64,000 bases of DNA from an uncultured Staphylococcaceae bacterium (lineage in GTDB: Bacteria; Bacillota_I; Bacilli_A; RFN20; CAG-826). The DNA lies in the NCBI GenBank assembly GCA_964497235.1, contig CAZCCJ010000005.1, positions 371-64,370 of the forward strand. Direction: 5' to 3'. This document shows positions 53,639 through 62,667 of this stretch, piece after piece; position 1 is the stretch's first letter, and every line of letters begins with the position of its first letter. Below the pieces are notes generated by a model that searched no databases, was not told where the DNA came from, and was given only the letters and a program-made list of their open reading frames with translations. The position numbers and the translations under genes were made by a program.

Positions 53639-55846
53639 ATGAAGAAGAAAAGATTGATGGCTTTGTCGCTTGCGACCGTCGCATCCGTCATGGGCGTCGG
53701 CGCCGTCGGGATCTCGCTTGGCAATGGCGGCCTCATCGCGCCGGCCTACGCCGCGGACCACGACGCCTCGCACACGATGGTCGAGAAGACGTTCTTCGCT
53801 CCGACGACTACCACGACCGGCGAGAGGGCGCATTGGCACTGCAACGACTGCTGCAAGACGAGCGCCGAGCAGGCGAGGTACTCCTACGTCGAGAAGACCC
53901 ACGTCTCGGAGGCCGACATCACGCTCGATAAGCTCGTGGCGGCCGACGCCCCGAGCGCGGACGACGACCAGATCGCCACCATCAACACCGGGAAGTTCAA
54001 ATACGTCGACCAGGGCGCCGACGGTGTCGACGGCAAGGAGGGCACCTCGACGCCTTGCTGGGTCGAGGACGGCGGGAAGACCGCCATCTATTTCTCCCGC
54101 TCGAACAAGGCCGGCGACCCGGTGAACTCGGGGGACAACGTCAACTGCTCCGAGTTCCGCTTCACGGTCCCCGAAAGCGCCAGGAAGGCGGAATCCGTAT
54201 CCTTCTCCTACAAATACGAGGATTGGGGGACCGGCGTTTGGAACGGGGGAGACAACGGCGCCCAGCCTTACGGGTCCCACGCGATGATCCAGTTCAAGGA
54301 CGGCAGCTACGTCGGCCACGACGTCACCTCAACGCTTGAGAAAGACGGTGAATGGCACACGATGACGCTCGACTACTCGGGCGGCGCCACGACCAGCTTC
54401 TCCGACTTGATCTTCAAGTTCGTCGACCTCCGCGGATACATCATGGTCTCGGGCCTCTCATATGAGCTCGCCCCGGTCACGGTGGCCCTCAAGAACGTCA
54501 CCGCCGACAACAGCGCCGACGGAAGCGCGACCGTCGAGGTGGGATCCCTCCCCGACGCCCCGGCGGCCATAAGCGGCAAGAGGTTCCTCGGCTGGTACGA
54601 CGAAAGCGGAAGCAAGGTCACGGCCGTGACGTCAAGCACGACGGCATTGGTGGCGAAATGGGCACAAATTACAGCTAATTCGAACTATGCGACGGTTGAG
54701 ACGTTAGTGACATACAATACTGATTCTAAAATCGTTTGCCCCGATAAAAGCGGCATAGAAGAAAGGGCTGATGGCGTTACGCTTCAACTTCAAAAATCGG
54801 GCGTGAATTCTTATGATATCACCCTTCCTGCGTTCGATTATAATTCGGCAGGTCGCGTGGATTTCATTCTCAGGCAAAATTACGGCTCTAGCCATAAACA
54901 TGGCGTTATCACGGCAGGCGATGGCACATTCGCCTTCTCGACGGTTGCAAAAGATGAAGTCGCTGTTTACGTTGTTTCCGATGGCAAGAACGCTTCGCTT
55001 TATATCGAAGGCAATCTCATTACGACATATGATGAGGATGTTTCTTCCGGAAAAAGCGGTCTATCTTTCAATTTCCAAAGGGAAAGCGATTGCATATATG
55101 CGGTTCTTAAGATAGGCGATTTTAAGAGGTATACCGTTGATTATACGGAACTTTTGAAGACGAAGGCGGAATCCTTGCCTGATGCTTCTTCTATCACCGA
55201 CGATACCAAAGCGGCGGCAGTTTCATCGTACAAAGATTATGTCGATTTCGCATTGGTGGCCGATTCGATGATGACGACATACGAGAAAAACAATTACTCG
55301 GCGCCATCCAAGATTTCCGAACTTCGCACTGCGTTGGCTGGGCAAACGGTTGAGGTTCTTTCGATTCCTTCAAGCGGTTCGGGCTGGACCACTGCGAATT
55401 CGTTGGGCTTCTATAGCGATTCCCCTTATGCGGTAAGTTGCAGTAACAATTCGAAACACAGCACCAATTACATTGGAATCGATCTCCAAAATGGCGGATA
55501 CACGGAGACCAAAACATATTATGTTGATCTTCCGAAAATCAACTATGCAGCCTATAGCAAAGTGACTTTCTATATGTATTCAGCGGGTGGCAGCTGCGTT
55601 ATAAAAGCAGACGGCAACGATTGGGTTAGCGATGCCAATTGGCCGAATGGCGATTGGCCGTGCCCAATCACTATATCGACCACTAACGGTGTGACGAAAA
55701 TCAGCACAGATAGCGGAAAATCGGCTGAGCTTAGCGAAGAAGTTGCCAATGGCACCAAAGCGCTTCGTTTCGAAAGAACTCGCGAAGCTACAAGCACTGC
55801 AGGATACGATTCGATAGGCATTAGCACGATGACAGCGACTATCTAA
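53639..55846 (+). CDS. Secreted surface protein: high-GC-encoded N-terminal beta-sandwich (CBM-like) module plus Listeria-Bacteroides repeat, fused to the C-terminal module shared with 51161-53380
   Basis: Signal peptide MKKKRLMALSLATVASVMGVGAVGISLGNGGLIAPAYA. RFLGWYDESGSKVTAVTSSTTALVAKW. The C-terminus VNSYDITLPAFDYNSAGRVDF... matches VNDYDITLPAFDFVSAGRVDF.... Start set at ATG 53639, after AAAGGA. Confidence 0.7.
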   Translation: MKKKRLMALSLATVASVMGVGAVGISLGNGGLIAPAYAADHDASHTMVEKTFFAPTTTTTGERAHWHCNDCCKTSAEQARYSYVEKTHVSEADITLDKLVAADAPSADDDQIATINTGKFKYVDQGADGVDGKEGTSTPCWVEDGGKTAIYFSRSNKAGDPVNSGDNVNCSEFRFTVPESARKAESVSFSYKYEDWGTGVWNGGDNGAQPYGSHAMIQFKDGSYVGHDVTSTLEKDGEWHTMTLDYSGGATTSFSDLIFKFVDLRGYIMVSGLSYELAPVTVALKNVTADNSADGSATVEVGSLPDAPAAISGKRFLGWYDESGSKVTAVTSSTTALVAKWAQITANSNYATVETLVTYNTDSKIVCPDKSGIEERADGVTLQLQKSGVNSYDITLPAFDYNSAGRVDFILRQNYGSSHKHGVITAGDGTFAFSTVAKDEVAVYVVSDGKNASLYIEGNLITTYDEDVSSGKSGLSFNFQRESDCIYAVLKIGDFKRYTVDYTELLKTKAESLPDASSITDDTKAAAVSSYKDYVDFALVADSMMTTYEKNNYSAPSKISELRTALAGQTVEVLSIPSSGSGWTTANSLGFYSDSPYAVSCSNNSKHSTNYIGIDLQNGGYTETKTYYVDLPKINYAAYSKVTFYMYSAGGSCVIKADGNDWVSDANWPNGDWPCPITISTTNGVTKISTDSGKSAELSEEVANGTKALRFERTREATSTAGYDSIGISTMTATI
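53660..54660 (+). other. Compositionally foreign (about 70 % GC) segment inside the 53639 CDS
   Basis: Hand counts of GC per 60 nt: 44 of 60 at 53701-53760 and 41 of 60 at 54001-54060, versus 25 of 60 at 54661-54720. GC at third codon positions is 18 of 20 codons from 53702 versus 8 of 20 codons from 54658. Confidence 0.85.
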
Positions 55847-55885
55847 TTGTTCGCTGACGTTCGATATCCGAAAAACACGATTGTT

Positions 55886-55920
55886 CCTGGGCCAAGCAAC
55901 ATACTTGGCCCAGGTTTTTC
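55886..55920 (+). terminator. Strong rho-independent terminator
   Basis: cctgggccaag-caacata-cttggcccagg (11-bp stem) followed by ttttt. Confidence 0.8.
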
Positions 55921-55942
55921 TAAAATGATATAAAATGCATCT

Positions 55943-56686
55943 ATGCCTAAAATCGAAGCGGTCAATCTAACGGTGACGTATCCAGCCAAAGGAGGCCTTG
56001 AGTTCATTTGCCTCGATTCCTTGAATGCCGTTTTCGAATCCAACGAGATAAACGTCATCTTAGGCGAATCCGGTTCTGGCAAAAGCACCCTTCTTAAAGC
56101 GATCGCCGGAACGATGAAATATGAAGGCGAGATACTTTTCGATGATGTCCCAGCTAGAAAGATATCGCCGAAAAATAGGAAGATAGCCTTCGTCGATCAG
56201 GAAATAACCTTATATCCGAATAGAACCATTTTCGATAACCTCGCTTTGCCGTTATCTTTGTCTCGCCTTAAGCCGGATGAAATGAGGCACAAAATACATG
56301 AAACGGCCAAAAAATTAGGGATATTAGCCACTTTATCTCGACTTCCGAGACAAATATCGATAGGGCAACAACAACGCGCATGCCTTGCGAAAGCAATCGT
56401 CAAAGATCCTTCCGTCCTTCTTCTCGACGAGCCTTTTTCCAATATCGACGAAAATAGAAGGAAAGAAGAAAGGGAGCTTCTTAAGGGGCTCGTCAAAGAA
56501 AAGGGAATCACGGTCGTTATGGCCACGCATCTAGAAGAAGATGTGCTTTCTTTAGGAGAGAGGGTGCATCTATTGGAGAATGGGAAGATCTCATTATCGC
56601 TAAAGAAAGAGGAGCTTCCTTATTCTTCGAATCCCATGATACGTCTAATGATGGCTTCGCGTTTAAACGGTGACAACGATGGCTAA
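55943..56686 (+). CDS. ABC transporter ATP-binding protein (MalK/MsmX-like nucleotide-binding domain without the C-terminal regulatory domain)
   Basis: Walker A GESGSGKST, Q-loop FVDQ, atypical signature ISIGQQQR, Walker B LLLDEPFSNID, H-loop MATH. 247 aa. Confidence 0.85.
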   Translation: MPKIEAVNLTVTYPAKGGLEFICLDSLNAVFESNEINVILGESGSGKSTLLKAIAGTMKYEGEILFDDVPARKISPKNRKIAFVDQEITLYPNRTIFDNLALPLSLSRLKPDEMRHKIHETAKKLGILATLSRLPRQISIGQQQRACLAKAIVKDPSVLLLDEPFSNIDENRRKEERELLKGLVKEKGITVVMATHLEEDVLSLGERVHLLENGKISLSLKKEELPYSSNPMIRLMMASRLNGDNDG

Positions 56687-57536
56687 GAAGAAAAGGATCA
56701 AAAGCAAGCCCAGCGATTTTTCTTTTTCTGGTTTGCCAGACACCAGAAGAAAGCAATTTTTCGATTGCCTTAGGAATAGGTGGGGCCTTTTCCTCAAAGT
56801 GGGGGTGATATTCGCCTTCCTTTCCTTATTGATCGTCGCTCTCATCTATGCAAGGGATCTTGTCATGCATAACGTCTCGAACAACGAATCGTTGGATGAA
56901 GTGGCCAAAAAGAGCCAATTAGCCACTATGTCGACGACCTTTGCCTCGCTTATCGCCGTTTCTATCGTTATGTTTTGCCTCCCTCTTGGCGGGATTCTTA
57001 GGATTTATAGAAGTCTCATTTACGACGAAGGGGTCTTCTTCTTTTCCGACTTCAAGAAAGGCTTCAAAGAGACTTGGAAAGTTTCTTTAGTGATTGGGAT
57101 ATTACTTGGAGGCGGCTATTTCGCTTCTGCTTTCTACAAGGAGATCATCGATATTTCCTATCTTTCTTACGCTCCATATGGGGTATTGATATTTTTGGTG
57201 TTTCCATGGGCTTTCACGACTCTTTCGTACGCTTCGATTTATTCATCTTCATTCAAGGTGATCATCCAAAATGGGTTCGTGCTCACTGTCAAAAGCTTCC
57301 TTAAAGCGTTGCTTTTCGTCTTACTTTCCGTTTTGCCTTTGCTATTCCTTCTCATTCCGTCATCGGTATATAGATACGTCGCCTTGGTCCTTTGCTTCTT
57401 GCTCTATTATCCATTGGTCTTATTCGGCTTTTATCTTATGGACATCGCCTTATTCGATACGGAAATCAATTCCAAGATGGATAATGGCTTATATCATAAA
57501 GGGCTATACGACGAAAACATCAAATTGGACGAATGA
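56679..57536 (+). CDS. Polytopic membrane protein, YesL/DUF624-like (tentative)
   Basis: Five or six hydrophobic helices. The loop IYRSLIYDEGVFFFSDFKKGFKETWKVSL resembles the conserved DUF624 segment. It overlaps the ATPase gene end. A GTG at 56670 is an alternative start. Confidence 0.5.
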   Translation: MAKKKRIKSKPSDFSFSGLPDTRRKQFFDCLRNRWGLFLKVGVIFAFLSLLIVALIYARDLVMHNVSNNESLDEVAKKSQLATMSTTFASLIAVSIVMFCLPLGGILRIYRSLIYDEGVFFFSDFKKGFKETWKVSLVIGILLGGGYFASAFYKEIIDISYLSYAPYGVLIFLVFPWAFTTLSYASIYSSSFKVIIQNGFVLTVKSFLKALLFVLLSVLPLLFLLIPSSVYRYVALVLCFLLYYPLVLFGFYLMDIALFDTEINSKMDNGLYHKGLYDENIKLDE

Positions 57537-57977
57537 TGTGGTTATATTGCCTTTTTGCAGGGTTTTTATTTTTCGAGCATGAAGAATCGGGCTTGGTATT
57601 CCTCTTTGAAGCTTATTTTCAGCCCATCTTCGGAAAGACAATATTCTAAATCGTTCTTCTTCGGGTAGAGACAAGTTGCTTTCGAGTAGCCTTTTTGATT
57701 CCCAAATGCGAATCTTTGTTTTCGCCTGCGATCTGCGCTTCGGCGAAAGGGAAATAATCCTTCCCATTTGCCACCGCCATAAACGCATTCTTTTCCGTTT
57801 TGAAGGAAAGCCAACCGAAATCGAGTTCCCTATTCGCACCGCCTCGATGAGGTTTTATAACTTTATGAATGCCATAAAAAGTCGATTGTCGGCGATTTTT
57901 GCTTGTTTTCGAGATACGAATGGTTGAAAAGGGCGAAAGATTGGTATTCAATTCATTTGGATGCCAATAAAAAAGAT

Positions 57978-59189
57978 ATGAAATCGCTTAAATCGTTATT
58001 GATTTTGGGCCCTGGCCCATCATCGAGCCATACCATTGGGCCGTACCGCATCGTCCTTTCCTTCATAAGCGGCTTAGGAAGAAAAGACATCAAGGAAATC
58101 AATGTCGTTTTATATGGCTCTTTGGCGTTAACCGGCAAAGGGCATTCGACCGACGAGATCATCTCTAAAGCGATCGGGAACATCCCCCACAAAGTAACGT
58201 TCGTCACTTCCTATGAAGGATTGACGCACCCCAATACGATGACTTGCGAGGCCATTTTCATGGATGGATCTTCGCTAAAGAAGAGGTATCTATCGATAGG
58301 GGGAGGCGCTTTCAAAGAAGAAGGGAAGGAAAGCGAAGAGAAAGACGTTTACCAATTTTCGTCGTTCGACGGACTTAAGGAATATCTAAAACAAAACAAC
58401 ATCGATGATGTTTATCGGGTCATTTTGGAGAACGACGCCTCCGATATATACGAATATGGCAAAGAAATGCTCATCCATTCCTTCGACACCATCGAGGAGT
58501 CGCTTCAAAAGGAAGGGGTTTTGCCAGGGAATTTGAAATTGAAGAGAGTGGCTAAGGAAATCCATCAAAGAGCGTTGTCTAGCCAAGACGAAGAGGACAA
58601 AAGACTGTTGCTCCTTACTAGCTATGCCTATGCGACCTCGGAAGCCAACGCCAATAATGAACTCATCGTCACTACGCCGACGTGCGGTGCGGCAGGGGTG
58701 GTTCCGGCTTGTCTATATTATGAGATGAAACATCATGGATATCCGATTGAATCGCTTGTCCCGGCGTATCTAGTGGGTGCGTTGGTTTGCTCTTTCATCA
58801 AGGAAAACGCCGGGGTTTCGGGGGCGCTACTAGGCTGCCAATCGGAAATCGGCTCGGCCGCAAGCTTCGCAAGCGCTTCCTTATCCTACCTCCATGGCCT
58901 TTCCATATATCAGATCGAATACGGCGCGGAAGTGGCGATGGAGCATTTCTTGGGACTTACTTGCGATCCCGTCGATGGATACGTCCAAATTCCTTGCATA
59001 GAACGCAACGCGATAGCAGCGATTCACGCTTATAGTGGCTATCTATACGCCAAAAACATCGCCATTTACCGAAAGAACAAGGTTTCCTTCGATAAAGTGG
59101 TGGCCGCCATGAAAGAAACGGGCAACGAGCTTCCCATGGAGCTAAAGGAAACGAGCCTAGGCGGTTTGGCCAAGACTTTCTGCTCGTAG
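57978..59189 (+). CDS. sdaA: L-serine dehydratase (iron-sulfur dependent, single chain)
   Basis: GPGPSSSHTIGP, YGSLALTGKGHSTD, TPTCGAAGVVPA, GCQSEIGSA, HFLGLTCDPVDGYVQIPCIERNA and ETSLGGLA are collinear with E. coli SdaA. Start set at ATG 57978; the track start at 57903 is a TTG. Confidence 0.9.
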   Translation: MKSLKSLLILGPGPSSSHTIGPYRIVLSFISGLGRKDIKEINVVLYGSLALTGKGHSTDEIISKAIGNIPHKVTFVTSYEGLTHPNTMTCEAIFMDGSSLKKRYLSIGGGAFKEEGKESEEKDVYQFSSFDGLKEYLKQNNIDDVYRVILENDASDIYEYGKEMLIHSFDTIEESLQKEGVLPGNLKLKRVAKEIHQRALSSQDEEDKRLLLLTSYAYATSEANANNELIVTTPTCGAAGVVPACLYYEMKHHGYPIESLVPAYLVGALVCSFIKENAGVSGALLGCQSEIGSAASFASASLSYLHGLSIYQIEYGAEVAMEHFLGLTCDPVDGYVQIPCIERNAIAAIHAYSGYLYAKNIAIYRKNKVSFDKVVAAMKETGNELPMELKETSLGGLAKTFCS

Positions 59190-59200
59190 TTTCGTATATG

Positions 59201-59235
59201 AAAAACCGCCAAGAGAGACTCTTAGCGGTTCTTTG
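59201..59235. terminator. Hairpin between convergent genes
   Basis: aaccgc...gcggtt with inner agag/ctct pairing, flanked by an A-run and a T-run. Confidence 0.5.
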
Positions 59236-59242
59236 ATGTCTT

Positions 59243-60097
59243 TTATTTGATGGACACTTTGTAGGTTGTGACGTCTTCGACGACCTCGCCGTCGATTTGA
59301 AGGCCGCATGGTTTATCAAAGGAGACGACGATTTCTTTGCCTGTCTTAATGAAGACGTTCTTCTTGTATTTGACGTGTGTGCCGGAGAAGATCTTCGGGA
59401 ACATCATCAAGGTGCCGATCTTCCCTTTGCCATAGATCGTGACGAAGGAGAGGAGACCGCCATTACGGATTTGATCAGGGGCTACCCGCATGCCGCCGCC
59501 ATAATATTTTCCAAACATGGAGGAGGCCAAATAGACCTTCTTGAATTCGAATTTCTCGCCATCCACAGTGACGGTCGCGTTACGGGGTTTGAAGCCGTTG
59601 AAAAGTAACGAGATCGTGATCTTGGAATAGTCGATTTTCTTCTTGCCCGCTTTCTTCATTTGCTCGGCGACAACGCAGCAATCGCCGTCGATTCCGAATC
59701 CGATGCCGTTGATGAAGCGATATGTTTTGCCTTTGACTTCGATTGTCGGAAGCCCTTTTAAGCAATCATTTAGCTTGACTAGTCCATCTTCATCGACGAC
59801 TTCTTTCCTATCGTTAAGGAAGTCGTTTCCGGTTCCCATCGGCAAAAGATAGATATCGACTGGGAAAGAGGAAGGGTCAAAGACGTTGATGAAATGGTTG
59901 AGCGTGCCATCTCCGCCGGCCAAAAGGACTTTGTCGCCTTCTTTGAAGGTCTTTTGCTCTTCTTCCCAGGCGACGTCATGGGCGTTCCTCATCTCGATTT
60001 TTTCGCCCCACTTGGCTTCGAGCTTCGCTTTGATGGGCTCGAGGCTCGCCGATAGGTTGTTGTTATCGGCTAAAGCGTTGTAATAAAGATAGATCAT
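59243..60097 (-). CDS. Diacylglycerol-kinase-family lipid kinase (YegS/DagK-like)
   Basis: The DAGK catalytic motif reads VLLAGGDGTLNHFIN, plus PMGTGNDF. 284 aa. Confidence 0.8.
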   Translation of the reverse strand: MIYLYYNALADNNNLSASLEPIKAKLEAKWGEKIEMRNAHDVAWEEEQKTFKEGDKVLLAGGDGTLNHFINVFDPSSFPVDIYLLPMGTGNDFLNDRKEVVDEDGLVKLNDCLKGLPTIEVKGKTYRFINGIGFGIDGDCCVVAEQMKKAGKKKIDYSKITISLLFNGFKPRNATVTVDGEKFEFKKVYLASSMFGKYYGGGMRVAPDQIRNGGLLSFVTIYGKGKIGTLMMFPKIFSGTHVKYKKNVFIKTGKEIVVSFDKPCGLQIDGEVVEDVTTYKVSIK

Positions 60098-60924
60098 CGT
60101 GATTTCCTCCTTTTTTCAAAATCATCTTTAATCATATCATGGCAATAGGAAGATATTTCGGTGACGTTCTTGCCTTCGTAATCCTCTTTATGCAAGACCG
60201 TCAGCACATTGGCTTCGATTGTGACATGTCGCCAAGGGCAGCATTTCTTGATGGCTTTGGTGTTCTTTAAGTCAATCACGACGATCGGAGCGCCGATTTC
60301 CGTGGCTATTTTGAAGGTGCCAGGATGAAAGGGGAGAAGCGATTCTCTCGTCTTGTTTCTTGTTCCTTCTGGGAAAATGCAGACGTGGCCCGTATTCGAG
60401 GAAATCACCTCGCTTGCCTTCTCGATTGCTTTTAAAGCGTTCTTCGGATTCTCCCTATCGATCGGTATGAATCCGGAATGATGGACGAAGGGGCCGGCGA
60501 TTGGGAAAGACATGTTCTCGGGCTTGGTGACGCAGATAAGGGGCGCGTTTCCAACCAAATCGATGAGAATCATCGGATCGAAGTTCGAATTGTGGTTCAT
60601 GATGAAAAGGCACTTCTCATCGTGCGGTATCTTCTCGAATCCCTTTTTCCTTATGAAGATGCGAAGGATCTTTATCAGCCAAACGTCCGTGTTCCTTAAG
60701 ATCCAATAGTAGAAGGACGAATAATGCCCTTCTTTGCTCTTATCGATGAATTTCCCCCAGATGACTAGGATTATGACCCATATCCCGAAGAGTATCGCCC
60801 AAACTGGCATGAAAAAGAGAAGGGATACGAAAAAGTAATACCAATCGGTGTATATGCATAGTAGATAGGTTAGGTATCCCGATAGCCCTAATGAGGCGAG
60901 GATAGAGATGACGGTTAAAAACAT
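60094..60924 (-). CDS. plsC: 1-acyl-sn-glycerol-3-phosphate acyltransferase
   Basis: NHNSNFDP (H-x4-D) and FPEGTRN motifs. Two N-terminal TM helices. 4-nt overlap with the lipid kinase gene. Confidence 0.85.
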   Translation of the reverse strand: MFLTVISILASLGLSGYLTYLLCIYTDWYYFFVSLLFFMPVWAILFGIWVIILVIWGKFIDKSKEGHYSSFYYWILRNTDVWLIKILRIFIRKKGFEKIPHDEKCLFIMNHNSNFDPMILIDLVGNAPLICVTKPENMSFPIAGPFVHHSGFIPIDRENPKNALKAIEKASEVISSNTGHVCIFPEGTRNKTRESLLPFHPGTFKIATEIGAPIVVIDLKNTKAIKKCCPWRHVTIEANVLTVLHKEDYEGKNVTEISSYCHDMIKDDFEKRRKSR

Positions 60925-60985
60925 CACAATGATTTTAAGACAAAGCCATCTTTAATTCCATAAACAAAAAACAGGGCCCGCGAAT

Positions 60986-61013
60986 AATGAAAAAGAGGGG
61001 TCGCCCCCCTCTT
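60986..61013 (-). terminator. Rho-independent terminator of pckA
   Basis: On the minus strand: aagagggg-ggcga-cccctctt followed by ttttt. Confidence 0.65.
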
Positions 61014-61031
61014 ATTGATGAGAATCTTTTT

Positions 61032-62639
61032 TTAATCGATGGACGGACCCGCTTTAACGAGGGCTTTTCCAGCGTCGTTAGACTCGTATTTGACGAAGTT
61101 CTTTTGGAAGCGAGAGGCCAAATCCTTGGCTTTCTCTTCCCATTCCTTGGCATCTTGATAGGTGTCGCGAGGATCCAAAATCTTGGAATCGACGCCCGGA
61201 AGGGAGGTAGGGACCTCGAAATTGAAGAACGGGATCGTCTTCGTTTCGGCGTTAAGGATGTCGCCATTGAGGATGGCGTCGATGATGCCGCGGGTATCTT
61301 TGATCGAGATACGTTTGCCAGAGCCATTCCAGCCGGTGTTCACGAGATAGGCCTTCGCGCCGCTCTTTTGCATTTTCTTGACGAGCTCTTGGGCGTATTT
61401 GGTTGGATGTAACTCCAAGAAAGCCTGTCCGAAGCAAGCGGAGAAGGTCGGCGTTGGGGAGGTTATACCTCTTTCGGTGCCGGCGAGCTTGGCGGTGAAG
61501 CCGGAAAGGAAATAATATTGCGTTTGCTCAGGGGTGAGGATTGAAACAGGCGGCAAAACCCCGAAGGCGTCGGCGGATAGGAAGATGACGTTCTTCGCCG
61601 CTGGGCCATGGCTAATCGGTTTGACGATGTTGTTAATATGATATATAGGATAGGAAACGCGGGTGTTTTCTGTCACCGACTTGTCGGCGAAATCGATTTT
61701 GCCGTCTTTATCGACGGTGACGTTTTCGAGAAGGGCATCGCGCTTGATGGCGTTATAGATGTCCGGCTCGCTCTCTTTATCGAGGTTGATGACTTTCGCG
61801 TAGCATCCTCCTTCGAAATTGAAGACGCCGTTATCGTCCCAGCCATGCTCATCGTCGCCGATCAAAAGTCTCTTTGGATCCGTCGACAACGTCGTTTTGC
61901 CAGTGCCAGATAATCCGAAGAAGATGGCGGTGTTCTCACCCTTCATATCGGTGTTGGCGCTGCAATGCATGCTCGCTATGCCTTTAAGCGGGAGATAGTA
62001 GTTCATCATCGAGAACATGCCTTTCTTCATCTCGCCGCCATACCAGGTGTTCAATATGACTTGCTCTTTTGAGGTGATGTTGAAGGCGACGCAGGTCTCG
62101 CTATTCAATCCGAGTTCCGAATAGTTGTCGACTTTCGCCTTCGAGGCGTTATAGACGACGAAATCCGGCTCGAAATGCTTTAGCTCATCTTCCGATGGGC
62201 GGATGAACATGTTGCGGATGAAGTGGGCTTGCCAAGCGACTTCGACTATGAAGCGGACGGCCATTCTCGTGTCTTTGTTGGCTCCGCAATAGGCGTCGAC
62301 GACGTATAGCTTTTTGTTCGATAGCTCCTTGATGGCGAGCTCTTTGACGCTCTTCCAAGAGTCTATCGTCATCGGGTGGTTGTCGTTTGGGTATTCTTTG
62401 CTATTCCACCAAACGGTGTCCTTCGAATTCTCGTCGACGACGATGTATTTGTCTTTTGGCGAGCGTCCGGTGAAGACGCCGGTCATGACGTTCACCGCGC
62501 CAAGTTCCGTGACTTGCCCTTTCTCATATCCTTCGAGTTCTTCTTTCGTCTCTTCCTCGTAGAGGTAGTCGTAGGAGGGGTTGTATATGACCTCTTTTGC
62601 GCCTTTGATGCCGTATTTCTCCAAATCAAGTGGTTTCAT
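61032..62639 (-). CDS. pckA: Phosphoenolpyruvate carboxykinase (ATP)
   Basis: The kinase-1a motif reads [13 protein letters not shown], plus LIGDDEHGW. Start at ATG 62639, after AAAGGAG; the upstream extension in the track lacks a ribosome-binding site. Confidence 0.95.
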   Translation of the reverse strand: MKPLDLEKYGIKGAKEVIYNPSYDYLYEEETKEELEGYEKGQVTELGAVNVMTGVFTGRSPKDKYIVVDENSKDTVWWNSKEYPNDNHPMTIDSWKSVKELAIKELSNKKLYVVDAYCGANKDTRMAVRFIVEVAWQAHFIRNMFIRPSEDELKHFEPDFVVYNASKAKVDNYSELGLNSETCVAFNITSKEQVILNTWYGGEMKKGMFSMMNYYLPLKGIASMHCSANTDMKGENTAIFFGLSGTGKTTLSTDPKRLLIGDDEHGWDDNGVFNFEGGCYAKVINLDKESEPDIYNAIKRDALLENVTVDKDGKIDFADKSVTENTRVSYPIYHINNIVKPISHGPAAKNVIFLSADAFGVLPPVSILTPEQTQYYFLSGFTAKLAGTERGITSPTPTFSACFGQAFLELHPTKYAQELVKKMQKSGAKAYLVNTGWNGSGKRISIKDTRGIIDAILNGDILNAETKTIPFFNFEVPTSLPGVDSKILDPRDTYQDAKEWEEKAKDLASRFQKNFVKYESNDAGKALVKAGPSID

Positions 62640-62667
62640 TGCAATTAGCTCCTTTCGCTTTGATTTA

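Noticed and set aside
53585-54319. A 244-aa antisense ORF, plus the 151-aa (53670-54125) and 116-aa (53581-53931) out-of-frame ORFs, overlapping the start of the 53639 gene.
   Set aside because: Their Arg/Pro/Gly/Ala-rich translations are typical stop-codon-poor artefacts of high-GC DNA. They coincide exactly with the high-GC segment. The sense frame has a signal peptide and recognisable domains.
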